A DNA stretch of 64,000 nucleotides from Trichodelitschia bisporula (lineage: Eukaryota). Numbering within the stretch: the first letter of the stretch is position 1; each line of letters opens with the position of its first letter. Shown here one piece after another: positions 26,201 through 38,390 of the stretch. The stretch lies in assembly GCA_010356995.1 (NCBI GenBank), contig ML996692.1:569933-633932 (forward strand), written 5' to 3'. A model generated the notes under the pieces. It was not told the origin of the DNA, made no database searches, and saw only the letters and a program-made list of their open reading frames with translations. A program made the position numbers and the translations under genes.

Positions 26201-26974
26201 TCTCCATCGGGGTAAGCTCGCGCGGCAACTCTGCATCCAGCGATATCCGAACATCCCCAACGGACACCTCGAGGCGATCGGCAATGCCTTTGAGGAAATT
26301 TGCGAGGAATGTAGGCAACGAGAGTCCAGTGCCCGTGCCATATTCTTCCTCCTCTTCACTGGATTCACTCAGAGTGTCTGGGTAGTCTGCCTCGCTGATA
26401 TGAGCTCTCATGGCCTCTTCAAGCTCTATCCTCTCCTCAACTGGCTCTTCTTTCAGAAAGGACTGCGCTACTTCCCGGGTTGTGGGAAGATGGACGTCGT
26501 CCTGCTCATCGCCGACACCGAACGACACCGAGCCCCTACGAGCCTTTTGCTCCGGCTGAGCATCGGGTTTGAATTTATTAGGCGGTTCCGCACTGTCTTT
26601 GCTTGAAGCTTCTTGGGCCAGCCGGGCCCGGATCTCCACGCCCTTTATCTCGACGACGATACCGCTGGCGTGAAGGTCGGCGGGAACTGTGACACGTAGC
26701 AGAAGAATGCGTCCTTCGGTGGGTTGTAGAGTGTCTGGCAAATGCAAGACATGGGATATTTTCTACGACGAGTTGGAAAGTGCAAAGAAAGGTTGGAGTG
26801 AGTTGGGATTACCTTGATGTGGAGCTTGATGTCGCGCAACTCGACTGAGCTTCGCCGCCCCCAGGCAATGTCCAGTTGCTCAAGGTCTAATGTATCTGTA
26901 TCCAGGAGCTCGAGACGTGATAGCGCGTAGCGAAGCAGCCGCTTCTGTATCGATGAGGGTATGAAGAACGCCAT
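20220..26974 (-). CDS. ATG2: Autophagy-related lipid-transfer protein Atg2; exons 26974-26813, 26762-21294, 21244-20294, 20237-20220
   Basis: Chorein-N start ([27 protein letters not shown]), [53 protein letters not shown]-terminal KYKRY; more than 2100 aa. Confidence 0.96.
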
Positions 26975-27972
26975 GGCGTAACGTCAACGGTGGGGGGTTC
27001 TAGTGGCGGGGAAGGTACGCGTGTGGTACGCGCTCAGGATAAGAGAAAGTCCCGGCACTGCAAACCGCAGGACAGCTCATAGGTGCTGTTAGTTGAGCAT
27101 AAGATGGCGGAGGGCAGAGGTGTGTTTGCGAGGCGGGAGTGGGAGTGGGATGAAAGGGCCCAGGGCGGGGAGCAGACTCCAGGGAGAGAAGTGGGACGAG
27201 ATCTAGGTGAGAACCGAAGAACAAAAGGCCGAAGACCACGCATAACTAACGGCAGCAGCGGTGGTCATGAAAGACAAAGGATATATGTAGTCTGCCGTCG
27301 GCAGGCGGCCATAAAGATTAGCTTTCCAAGCGGTGCATGCGAGTATGGATGAGGAGTGAAGGTGAGAATGGGACAGAATGGTTAGGTTGAACCAGCTGCC
27401 GGTGGAGGTTCAAACACAAGCATCACCTGTTCGACCTCCACAACCGACTGGGGGGGGTGGCTTTGGTGGGACAAGACAGCGCGCCATCTGGTACAAGCAA
27501 AGCCACTTTAAGGTGGGGGAAAGCTGGGGCGGGTGGCAGTGGCACGGGGAGGTTCGACCGTCTTGCCAAGGGACAGCTCACTTGGTGCGCCTCTTGGTGC
27601 TCCGTGCCCGCAAGAGCACTACCGTAGCAGCTTATTCTGGCCGCCTAGCCGTGCTAGCCTAAAAGGCTTGTTATACTTGTCTACTTTACCCTACTACGGT
27701 TTAGCCTCTCAGCCACTCAAAGCCCCCCGAAGGGGAAAGGTGCCCTTCGTGTACCCGTGGCTGTGATGGCAAAACGCAACCGCCCCCGCAAGCAAAAGCC
27801 TGGCAGGCAGTCACTCGTCAGCATTGGCATCAAACTCGTTCTTTCTGCTTATGACTCTAAAAACTCTGCCCAATTCTACTTCCTCAAACGCCATTACTCA
27901 GTACTGCATGGAACAACCAGCTTGTCATATTCTAAAGGAGTCATTTCATCACAGCCAGTCAGGAACGACACA

Positions 27973-29894
27973 ATGACAAACTCGCTTGATGGCGATTCGT
28001 CCCAAAGTGACGAAGTTGCCCTACTTACGGACCCTTTTGTGCAGAAATATCTCAAGGGCCGCGACGACCTCATTCAGCAGGAGAAGATGCGGAGAAGTGG
28101 TGCGTTTACTGCACCACTCGTCCATGTCGATGTTCAGTCTGGCTGAGAGATAACCTTAAAACGCAGACTATCACTTCAAACAGAATCTCACCTCAGTCGA
28201 GGCTGAAGCATGTGCTATCGTGGATCAGGTTCGTTTCGAAGAACAGCAGATCCTCTGGACCCCAGAATATGAGGACCATCTCGCTTCAGACACTTCAGCG
28301 CCGTACGTCTATCCGGGCATGATGTTCAGCCTCGCCAAGGAACGCATGGAGAAGAGCAAGCTTTGGAGAATCGTGCGCAAAATGCCGAAGGGAGCCCTAC
28401 TTCACTGCCACCTTGAGGCTATGGTTGAGGCCGACTGGCTCCTTGAGCAAGCCTTTGCACAAGAGGACATTCATATCATGGCAACAGAGCCCCTCGACAC
28501 TGAAGCAGCCCGTCTCGAAAGACAATTTTCATTTGGCTCAGCAACCCTTTCTCAGGATCAGCACCCTTCCATTTGGTCTAAAGAGTACCAGTTTCAAACG
28601 AAAATTCCTTTGAACGTCGCTGCTGATACCTTCCCGGACGGTGGGCGCGCAGGTTTCATCAACTGGGTTAAAAGCCGTGCATCAATCACGCCCGAGGAAA
28701 GCATCGCCCACCACCACGGCCCGAATGAGATTTGGACTAAGTTTTTGTCGTGCTTTAGGATTGTGCATGCTTTGGTCTACCACGAGGCTGTATTCCCTAA
28801 GTATATTTCGCGCATGTGCCAGCAACTATACAGTGATGGTATCCAATACGCGGATGTCCGCGCCGTCTTCTATGATCCTACCAGCAACGACCCGAGTGCG
28901 ACATTTGCCGGTTGGTTCCAGGCGATTAGTGATGAAGTGGAGGCATTCAAAAACTCGGAAGAAGGGAAGGGCTTCTGGGGGCTTCGCATTATCTGGACGG
29001 CCGTACGACACCAGGATACTCCGGTGATTTTGCAAGGTATGTTGAAATGCAAGAGGCAGTGCCACGCTTACACCTCCAGCCATGAGGGAATGCATTAAGA
29101 TAAAAAAGCAGTTTCCCGAGCTTATTGCTGGCTTCGATTTTGTGGGCCAGGAAGATCTCGGAAGACCACTCCAGGAGCTGGTACCAGAAATCCTGTGGTT
29201 CCGAAGCAAGTGCGTGCAGGAGAACATCGACATTCCTTTCTTTTTCCACGCCGGAGAGACACTCGGTGACGGTACCCCAACTGATGAAAATCTCTTTGAC
29301 GCAGTCCTGCTCGGCACGCGACGTATTGGTCACGGTTTCTCGCTGTTCAAGCATCCGCTTCTGATAGACATTATCAAAGACCGAAAAATCTTGGTGGAGA
29401 GCTGTCCTGTCTCCAACGAAGTCCTCCGCCTTACCAGCTCCATCATGTCTCATCCGCTACCCGCGCTTTTGGCCCGCGGCGTCCCAGTGTCGCTGTGCAA
29501 CGATGATCCGGCCATGCTAGGCCAAGGTACAACGGGATGCACGCACGATTACTGGCAAGCCTTGCAAGCTTGGGATAACCTTGGGCTTGGGGGCCTCGGG
29601 TCTCTCGCCGAGAATAGCGTTCGCTGGGCTGCCTTTGAAGATTGCTCTCAAAAGGACTGGAACCGGAGCGTCACAGAAGGGGCCGCTGGAACGGGACTGC
29701 GGGCCGAGAGGATGAAGGAGTGGCGATCGGCTTGGGAGCAGTTTTGCCAGTGGGTTGTGACCGAACATGGAGCTGACAGAGACTTTGAAGGGGGCTCCGA
29801 TTCTGACGTCGAAATGGCCATGAAGTTGGCCAAAGACCTCGGACTGGATGAGGTCTTCAAGAGGCGGGATGCGGATGCGAGTTCAGAGGATTAG
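27973..29894 (+). CDS. Adenosine deaminase, ADGF/CECR1 (ADA2)-like family; exons 27973-28099, 28167-29036, 29080-29894
   Basis: KMPKGALLHCH (HxH), AGFDFVGQED, FFFHAGET, NLFDAVLLGTRRIGHG, ESCPVSNEVL, NDDP. Confidence 0.92.
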
Positions 29895-30092
29895 AGAAGT
29901 GCGAGAGTGGATAGGCGGAATGTGTCACTGCCTTTAGCTTCCTTGAGCCTCCAGCACCCGGCGTGTGCTCCTTTCGCCTGCTATGCAAAGCAGCTGGTGC
30001 GCATGTCTGCCGTCTCGAAGCTGTTGCTGACGTGAATGAAAAGAGTTGAGTATAGGATGAGCTTGCTTATTATTATCGCCGCGACTCTCCCC

Positions 30093-30722
30093 TTAGCCGC
30101 CGAAGACAAATATTGGCTTCTTCTGCGGAGGAACTATCGGCTGATGACATAGTGGGCAATACTCGTTGCATCTAGCAAACCAAGTGTCCAAACACTCTTC
30201 GTGAAAGACGTGGTGGCATCGCAAGCCTCGAACTAGCGCTCTCTCATCAATTAGTTCCAGGCATATGACACTAGAATATCGGTTATCCCATCGCTGGCTT
30301 GATATTTGCGTCACATACCATATTTGCTCTTCGGCAAGGGAAGCGTTTGGCCGCTCTTGTCGCTCCTTCGACCACCACTCGCGGAACACCTGCGGTGTGA
30401 TGAAAGCATTGAGACGTTCGAGGCGCTGTTGTTTGACGGATTCATTTGCAATTGGATCGTCCACATTGCTGGGATTGGGGCGGTTTGGCGTCAAATATGC
30501 TCTCCTTGCTGGATGTCAGTGCTGTCTGCAGCAGGTGACCAAACTGATAACTGACACGACCGCCAAAGCCATGAGCATGAGAATGATAATGGATGGTACA
30601 GCCGCGGCGATAAGTATTCCTTTCGACCCCGCCACGTGCTTCGTACGCCCCACTATCGACATTTCCGTCGAATTCGTGCTTCCAGTGCTCGCCAGTCGAG
30701 CAGCGAGCAGTGAAGGCGCCAT
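30093..30722 (-). CDS. Single-TM RING-H2 E3 ubiquitin ligase (ATL-like architecture); proposed exons 30722-30556, 30504-30319, 30270-30093
   Basis: N-terminal hydrophobic helix (ILIAAAVPSIIILMLMALAVV). Removing the 48-nt intron gives CVIC...RGLRCHHVFHEECLDTW...CPLC. A 51-nt intron 1 removes an in-frame TGA. Confidence 0.78.
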
Positions 30723-32274
30723 CGTGGTTCGAACTACCCTCAATCCCGAGCTCGCCTCTTGCTCAAAGTAGTCAGCACACAACCAACGTCTAGTTTCAAC
30801 GTCTTCTGGGTGTCCAAGGCATATATCCCCCAAGTCCTCACCCGCATCCCGCCAGCCTAATCACAACGGGCCGGCTCCGGATCTCATCTATCGCCCCAAA
30901 ACAACCTAGTGTCCCCCCACACGGCAAGTGAATGCGTTGCACACACGCCGTTGCAAATCGCATTTCTGCGCCACGAAATGAACCTATGCCAACGTCCAAG
31001 GGTTCCAATCGTGCGTCGTCTCACGCAAGGCTCAAGACTGTCACTCGGCACGCACCGCTGCCGATTCGTCACCCCGCCTGCCGGCAAGTCACTGCCAACA
31101 AATACGACAGACCACGCGATCGGCCTCAGACGGGCGTGCAGTTCCATCCCTTCTAGAGAGTTACACTTTACTCAAAAAATGGCAGCCCAAGTATAAAAGG
31201 CCTCCAACGTATGCCACACGGAATAATGCCCCCCACGCCCTCACCGCTGCCCCCTCCAACGTCACTAGCTGACGCGCCACCGTACTACGCCCCGCGTTAG
31301 TTGCGGTACTGGTACAGAGTCGGCGGTATATGCTCCGGCGGCCTGCCTTGCGCCGACACCTGCCAACATTTCGGTAGCCAAGTTCCTAGCATCCCTTCGG
31401 TGCAGTCGTGGCGCACCCGCCGAGCAACCCCGCCACCAACTCAACCCCGCAGCCTCGCGTCATTGGGCGGGCGCGGAGTTAGCCGTCACGTGCGCCCGCA
31501 GCTCTACGGGCGCCAATATTGGCAGCGCGGCACGTACGGGCAGTGCCGAGATGGCATGCGTGGTGACTGTGATATTATATTTGTGAACTGCAGCTAGGGC
31601 GTGATGGGAGAGGTCGGAGAATTGAGGGATTTGGGTGAGTTGTTTTGCTAGTGGGGTTGGGCGGGGATGTATCGCTTGTGGCGCAATGGGGATACGAAGT
31701 ACACATACACGACGAGCTTGCCCGCGGGCAGGTTTGCGCATGTCAGCCGGGATGGTGGAGTAAATTCCTAGACTCTGGAGGATAAGAGGACGGTGTTCTA
31801 CTAGCCAGAGGTGGACTCGATTCTGTCCAACGTTCCCAAAACTAACCAACTCCAGCATCCCAACTCCAACACGGAAGCATATACCAACAGAAGCCTTGGG
31901 CTCAGCGGATCCATCGCAAACGACTCAAATTCCTCCGTGCTGGCGGTATCCAAGACCCAACAGTTTTTCGCATCAAGAATCAGGGTCCAAACGCGCCCTG
32001 ATCAGCCAGCCAGCCTCCACTAACGTAGACCCCAAGCAAGCAAACACACCTAGGGACCATCCTGTCGCCAACTCCTCCCCGCCGATAGAGGATCTTTCCA
32101 GCGCCTCATGCAAAGACGATATCCGCATCCGTCGCGCAGGCCGACGGTGCGGAGGGCATTGTTACGCGCCGCTGTGCAATCCAAAAACTCGTCCGTCGCG
32201 ATCATTGCCCGGAAATACGTCACTCTCGAATATAGCCGCTCCGGTACATCAGCCGCGTACAAGGTCCTCTGCGG

Positions 32275-32620
32275 TTACCCGCATCGCATGTCGGGACGTA
32301 GCAGTGTCCGTCGCGGAAGATACTGGTTGCGGGCGCGAGAGAGAACCTCGCGAGGTGCTCTCTGAAAGCTGTCGTAGGTGTCAGTCTGACGTTCTGTGTG
32401 CTTTATGTTTGGCCCGGTTGCAATTGGGATGAGCGTCGAGCTTTCCTGTCTAACCACATACCGTTGAGGCTATCCATCAGTGTCTGGCGCCAGCGCTGCC
32501 AAAACGAGACGAAATGAGGAGGGCAAAGAGCACACAGACAGCCTGGAGGCTGAAGAATTTCCAGATTTCGGGCTGGCGCCACACGGTCATGGATTGGATG
32601 ATGGAGATGGTGTCGACCAT
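32275..32620 (-). CDS. Putative small three-exon protein (~60 aa); exons 32620-32540, 32469-32462, 32368-32275
   Basis: ATG in GAAATGG context after a C/T-rich leader. Introns GTCTGT..CTGAT..TAG and GTATGT..CTGAC..CAG join in frame. No family recognised. Confidence 0.35.
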
Positions 32621-33304
32621 TTCAGCGGGTGGCGGGGAGACAGCAAGTGGCTACGTCACTTGCTTCAAGGTGGGAGAGAAGCGAAGAGCGGAGCCGTGAT
32701 GGGAGGGCCGGGATGTAGCGGGAGGGATATAGAGTGCAATTGACGGCGAGCAATCGCTAGTAGTCGGGATCGGAAGATAGAAGCTCGAGTTACGAGTCTC
32801 GCCGCAGGTATGAGAGGAATATTCGTGTTGAGGAGATGAAGGGTAGAAAGCGGGAACGAGGAACAGCCGGCAGGGCCCTTTTCAATCAGCCGATAGGTAG
32901 AGTACCGGGGGCGCGACTGGTCTGGTTCGACCAACATAAATAATTGTTGGAACTAGTGGGCAACACATCCTACGGCGTTGGCCCACGGAACCAATACAGT
33001 CTGGTGCGCTGCAAATCATGGAAGCTGCAGTCCCTGGCAGCTGCCGGGACTTCTCTCTTTCTGTCTCTGGTTCTCTCTTTCTCGCACAGTCTCTCCGTCT
33101 GCGTGTAGTACTTCCCCTTTATAGTTCTCCTTCCCTGCTCGCCCATCTGCGCCTATCATATCCCGGTCGATCTTGGTCCCAACTAAATGTGGTTGATGTG
33201 TCGAGGCTGATTGGATCGGGAGCATCGGAGGACTGAAGTTCGGAGTTTTGCGGCAATGAGATGAGAGATGGGCCAGGTGGAGAAGACCAATGAGGCAGTA
33301 TGTA

Positions 33305-33369
33305 GCCAACAACTGCCAACAACTGCCAACATTGGGCCTGAGTTGCAATGGAGACAGCAACTGCCAACT
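33305..33369. repeat. Short 10-bp repeat (CAACTGCCAA) x3
   Basis: gccaacaactgccaacaactgccaac ... caactgccaac seen directly. Confidence 0.7.
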
Positions 33370-35256
33370 TAGCAACTAGAACTACAATATGCAGGAGACA
33401 GCGGGCGAGTACTCCGTACAATTATCACGAACGGGTTCCGGTTTGCCAACTCAAACGAAGCTTCGCAACGTCATCGTACTCGACTCCCCTTTCCTCCCCC
33501 CCTCCCGGCCGCACGCCCTGACAGCTGTGGGTGCAAAATGCCATATTGGTGGGGAGGGCGACAGAAGTCCATTGCCCTTTCCCCGTCCCTAGATCCCGGC
33601 TCCCGCATTTTGCCCCTGTATGTTTCACAGGGCTCATGGAAATCCCTTCTCTCTCCAAGTCCTGACCATTTCGGCGATGAAAGGCCCGAATGAAGCTCCT
33701 GTAAGAACCTTTCGCATCTTCCGCCGCTTCATTCTCCATGGAGAGATTGAACAATCATGACCTGGCATCAATCAACGGACGCAAACTCCCAACGCTGCAC
33801 AACCTCGCCCCTCTCCAAATTATGCCCACATTAAACCCACACTTATCCCCATCGCCGATCCCCGATCTCGATCCCACCACTTCCCCACGTCCCACCAACA
33901 AAGAATGAACGACACCTGTCGAACCCCAGACCACCCCCGCTCGGCAGGGGCCAAGGGCTCATAAAAAAAAAGATATGACCGCCCCGGCGACATGACCTCT
34001 GCAAATTTTTGGAGAGAGGGAGACATGACTTTTTCGGGTAGCCCTTGGGCCTTGGCTGGCAGATTGACAAAGGGACCCATTTTGGCGCACGCCCTCCCCC
34101 GCACTACCCTGCCCTCCCCCACCATCTCGAGATCTCAGGCATGAACCCAGCTCGCGCCGAGACGAGATGCAAACCTTACCGAAGAGTCAAAGGCACGAGC
34201 TCTTTCGACGCCTTCTCTCCCATGTGATGACACTTGGTCCAGTTACCGAGCTGTTACAGAATGGCCTTGCCAACGTCCGCATCGGACGCCAAATCTTCCG
34301 TCGACCGTGCTATTTTTTCCGCTGGAGAACCATTCAGCTAGAGGCGCTTGCTGCTAGATTTGGAATGATCGGTAGTGGCAATGGTGTTCTGGGACCTCCA
34401 ATTGGTGACGTGGACTTGACATGGCAGTTGGTAAGCAAGCGTAAGGTGACGGTGCAAAGATGCAATAGAGCCACCAGAATTCACAACCGAAACGGGCAAA
34501 CTTTTCGCAATGAGTAGATATGGACGCGATGGAAGTCTATGTAACTCGACTCCGGTTGACGGACTCGCCAGGGAGTGTCGAGATCCAAATACATGACCTG
34601 GCGACATGGAACCCACGCTTAAACCACGGCTTCACAGGCGTCAGGTCCAAAATAGATTTAGCAGTTACCTCATTACCCACTACCCTTACGAGATTTGACT
34701 TAGGCGGGCATTCTATCGTAACAAGATCCTTACGTCCATCGTGTACTCCCACCGCGACACTCTTCAACAAAAGAGCGCGAGTTGTGGATATCATCGGAGC
34801 ATGGACAGCCATGCTTGCGAAGCACCGCCATTGCCTCCCCAGAAGCAGTCGCGGACAACTGACGAGGAGACTGGCCCAGCGGCCGTCGGCTCCCGCATGC
34901 ATGCACAAATAAAAAAGAATAGACACCACATCCCATCGCCCGCCATTTTCCAGTTTGCCCCATTAATGCAAATGCAATACAACTGAGCCCGTGACAAAGG
35001 CCCAAGTCTCCCGTGTGACAACTCCAGGGTGAAGAAAAAGGAAAAAAGAATCGATCATTATGCCCCTGTCCTAACACCAAAACCGTCCCATGCAGATTCC
35101 TCGACCATTCATGAGGCCATTATCCATTCCCCGCAAACGCCGGTAAAGCAAACCCAGGTAGAAACGAAATAGAAAAGGTCCGTAATCGCGAGGCGACGTC
35201 AGCAGCCAGTCCACGACGGGTGCAGGATGAAAGCACAACTGTACGGCAACTCGGAT

Positions 35257-37209
35257 CTAAAGGCGGTTATTGTAGTTTATCGTTTGCTTCATCTCCGCCA
35301 GTTTTTGATGCATCCTGTGGACTTCGGCCAGTCGCGCTTCGGTCGGTGGCTCGCGAGAGCTTTGGATCTCCATATAGAGTTTGCTGTATTGCGCGTAATA
35401 TTGATGGAACTTTGCGCTAAGTTGCATCGTCTGTCGCCACGTGAGCTTCTCGGGACTGGTTTCAGAGTCGGTTTCCCCGTTGGAATTGGCCATTTCGACG
35501 TCTGGAGAGGACGTATCCTCCTTCTTGATTTTGGCAGGAACGGCGGCGGGGGGGCGCTTGGTCGGGGCTCCGTTCGCCATTGGCTTTGCCGCGCGCACTT
35601 GAGAAGAATCCCCGTTCGCCGTGGCAGGCTTGGTGGCCACACGCTTGCTCGATACCGGAGCATCTGCGCTGTCGTCGAGTTTCCGCTTAGTACCTGTAGT
35701 CGTTGGCTTCGATTCAGGCTTTCGCTTCGCAACCGGTTTGTTCGGGGAAATGGTAGACGAAAGTGCCCTATGCGCCGGGTGCTTTTCATTGAGGTCCGAA
35801 GCGTTGACAGGGGACGCGCTGAGCGGAGACGGGTTCTTGGGCTTGTTCAGCAGCTTCTTTGCAGTAGTGTTTGCCTTTGCGGTAGCTGCGGGTCGTGAAG
35901 CTGTTTTGCGTTGCGAGACGGGTGCTCCTTGGGGATCGTCCTTATCAGGGGGCGCCTTTGCCGATCGGGTGGCCGCGTTTTCCGTCTTCTTCGCTGCGGC
36001 CTTCTCCGCAGCAGTTGTGCGGCCATTTGTAGCCTTGCGCACGGCACCTTCGGCTTTGGTGGCGGAGACCTTTGGAGTCTTTTCCTCCGTCTTCTTGGCT
36101 GTAGCCTTCTTCGCTTTCGTGGGCAAACCCGCCTTCTTGTCTAGAGTCACAGGCTTTGAATCCAGTGGCTTCAACACTAAACGTGACAGACACTTCCCTT
36201 TCCCTCGCTCTTCAACCGGTAGAAGCAGCTGCCACAACTTGTCATCGCGGCTTAACCGCATACGATCATATGCCTTGATCGCCCCATCAATTGCCGTCTC
36301 CCGTTCTTCTTGGCGAGGATAAGGGAATTTCCACGGGTCCAGCTCCTTGTATCCTTTGTCACCAAGCGCCCACTTGCCGCCTTCCACCTTCTTCGCAACT
36401 TTATCCAAGATTGGCGACACGTTGGTGCGCACGAGGTGCCGGCATTCAGCCTGTGTTCGAGGACCGGCGGCGAGGAGATGCACCGTGGCATAACGCGCGG
36501 CAGCCAGCTCGGACTGCTCATGAGAGCTCGAACTGGAAACGGAGACTGTGGACGATGTAGGATTGGGGCGGGAGAAGGACTGATTTGGCGTATGGGATGT
36601 CGACTTGAGCCCTTTGACCTTGATCGGCAGTTGCTCTGGGGTGGTGATGGTGACCCTATGGAAAGAATTAGCTTGACGGGCGCGAGTGTGCTTAACGGTA
36701 GAGCTCACCGATGCGCATCTCGCTCCTGCTCTATCGATCGCATTTTACTCTGCAGCAGTTCCTCATCCTTATCCAGACCGAGCGATGCCTCTTCCCGGAG
36801 GAGGGTTAAGGAATGGTTAATGAGACCCGAAAACTGCCAGGTTTCCAGGTTTCCCTTGGGCTGTGCGAAGACTTCGTTTCGGGCAATCTCAGATACGGGT
36901 CGAAAATGGAAGGGCTTTCCGGAGCAAATGATAGCCTGCGAAGAGTGGAGAGGTTAGCAATCTGCTTCTAGCCGTGCAGCTTCGGGAGCTGAAATGTTCC
37001 CGAAGGAACGGTGGGGTTCCGAGACATACAGGTCTCCTGCCGAAGACGAACTGAGCCGGCTTGTCCGACTTGCCCGCCTGTTGGATAGCATGCATGACAT
37101 CCTTCCGAATCTCGAGGCACATAGCCTGCACCGGACCACTTTTGCTCGTAGTTGTGCCGATGAGTGCGTCGGGCGCGCCATCGAGTAGAAATGTGGTTTC
37201 GGCGGTCAT
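35257..37209 (-). CDS. RNA polymerase II elongation factor ELL-like protein; exons 37209-37030, 36935-36709, 36655-35257
   Basis: Winged-helix-like block (VHLLA...LDKVAK...KWAL...YKELDPWKFPY...AYDRMRLS), a K/P/S-rich linker and a C-terminal occludin/ELL-like helix pair (FHQYYAQYSKLY...MHQKLAEMKQTI). Confidence 0.75.
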
Positions 37210-38310
37210 GGTGGCGGCTACTGGAGAAGTGACGGTGGAAAATTAAAGTGGAAATGAAGAGATGGAGAGATTATTGGAGGTGTGGGAGGGAGGAGAGAGG
37301 TAGAGAAGTATGAGGGAGGGTGGTCAAAGACCGGGTGGATGGGAGGCCGCCGCGAGCTTCTCAGACTATGGCATTGGCGGGTACAGGACAATGAGGTGTT
37401 ATGTGTGAGTAAGGTTGGGAATTGAGGGGTCCTTTGACGAAGGTGAAAGATGACAAAGCGACAGCGAAAGGTGTAGTGTTGTAAGCTTTCGACTTGGGAG
37501 AAAGAAGTTGGCGAACAGTGAGGTGATGGTGGTTGGGTGGGGGACGGCGAGGCAGAGTACCACTTAAAAGTGGGAGATGAAAGAGGATTGCTGGGGAGTA
37601 CGACAACTGAGGACTGAGATGTGGCAGGCAATGTTGCTGGTGACTGTACAGGAGGCAACCGGTTGCTGAAGCGGACCAAAGAGTGAGTATGAAAGGGTCC
37701 TTTGGGGGGGTGGTGAGAGAGTGAGTGAGTGAGCAGGTGATTGAGAGAGAGGGAGTCGGAGGAGGGAGTGGAAGGCGGAGGAGTTGGAGTGGTGAGCGAG
37801 AGAGCGCTACTAGGGAGCTCCCAACAAGAGGAAGCAAAGAGTTTGGCTTCCGGTGCAGGTGGGTGGGAGGTGCTTTGGCTGGGGCTTTGCTGGCGAACCT
37901 ACGCTTCGTAATGAGTTGCGTGTAGTAGTAGGGAACGTGACGCTGGTTGGAACCGATTTGCTTTGCTTTGCAAGTCGGTTAAGATACTGGACTCTTCTAT
38001 CGGTATTATTATCTCCATCCATCCCGTGTTCTAACTTCTTCTACCCAAGCTTTCCCCATTCCATTCATCATCCATCTTCGTCAAGCTCCCACAAGGACCC
38101 AGGTATCTGCGTACGCAGTGGCATCAGCTTTCACTAACGGTACCCTATTTTTTGTGCTTTGGGTACTTTTTTCTGCTAACCCGCCTTGTACTCTGTAGTT
38201 CTACCCGTAAACCCCAATCCTATCCGCCCGCCCATTCAGCCCAGCGTATCCTAGATATTCCAGGCCCAAAAACAACCCCCCCAGCGAAGCACGCAAAATC
38301 CAGCCGCAGA

Positions 38311-38390
38311 CTCTCTTACTCTCTTACTCTCTTACTCTCTTACTTTCTTTCTCTCTTTCTCTCTTTCTCTCTTTCTCTCTCACACACACT
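38311..38390. repeat. Compound microsatellite (CTCTTA)n/(CT)n/(CA)n
   Basis: ctctcttactctcttactctcttactctcttactttctttctctc...cacacacac seen directly. Confidence 0.85.

Noticed and set aside
15947..26974. NPR2 next to ATG2 as a TORC1-autophagy functional cluster
   Set aside because: Both are single-copy housekeeping genes with no shared promoter; proximity alone is not evidence.
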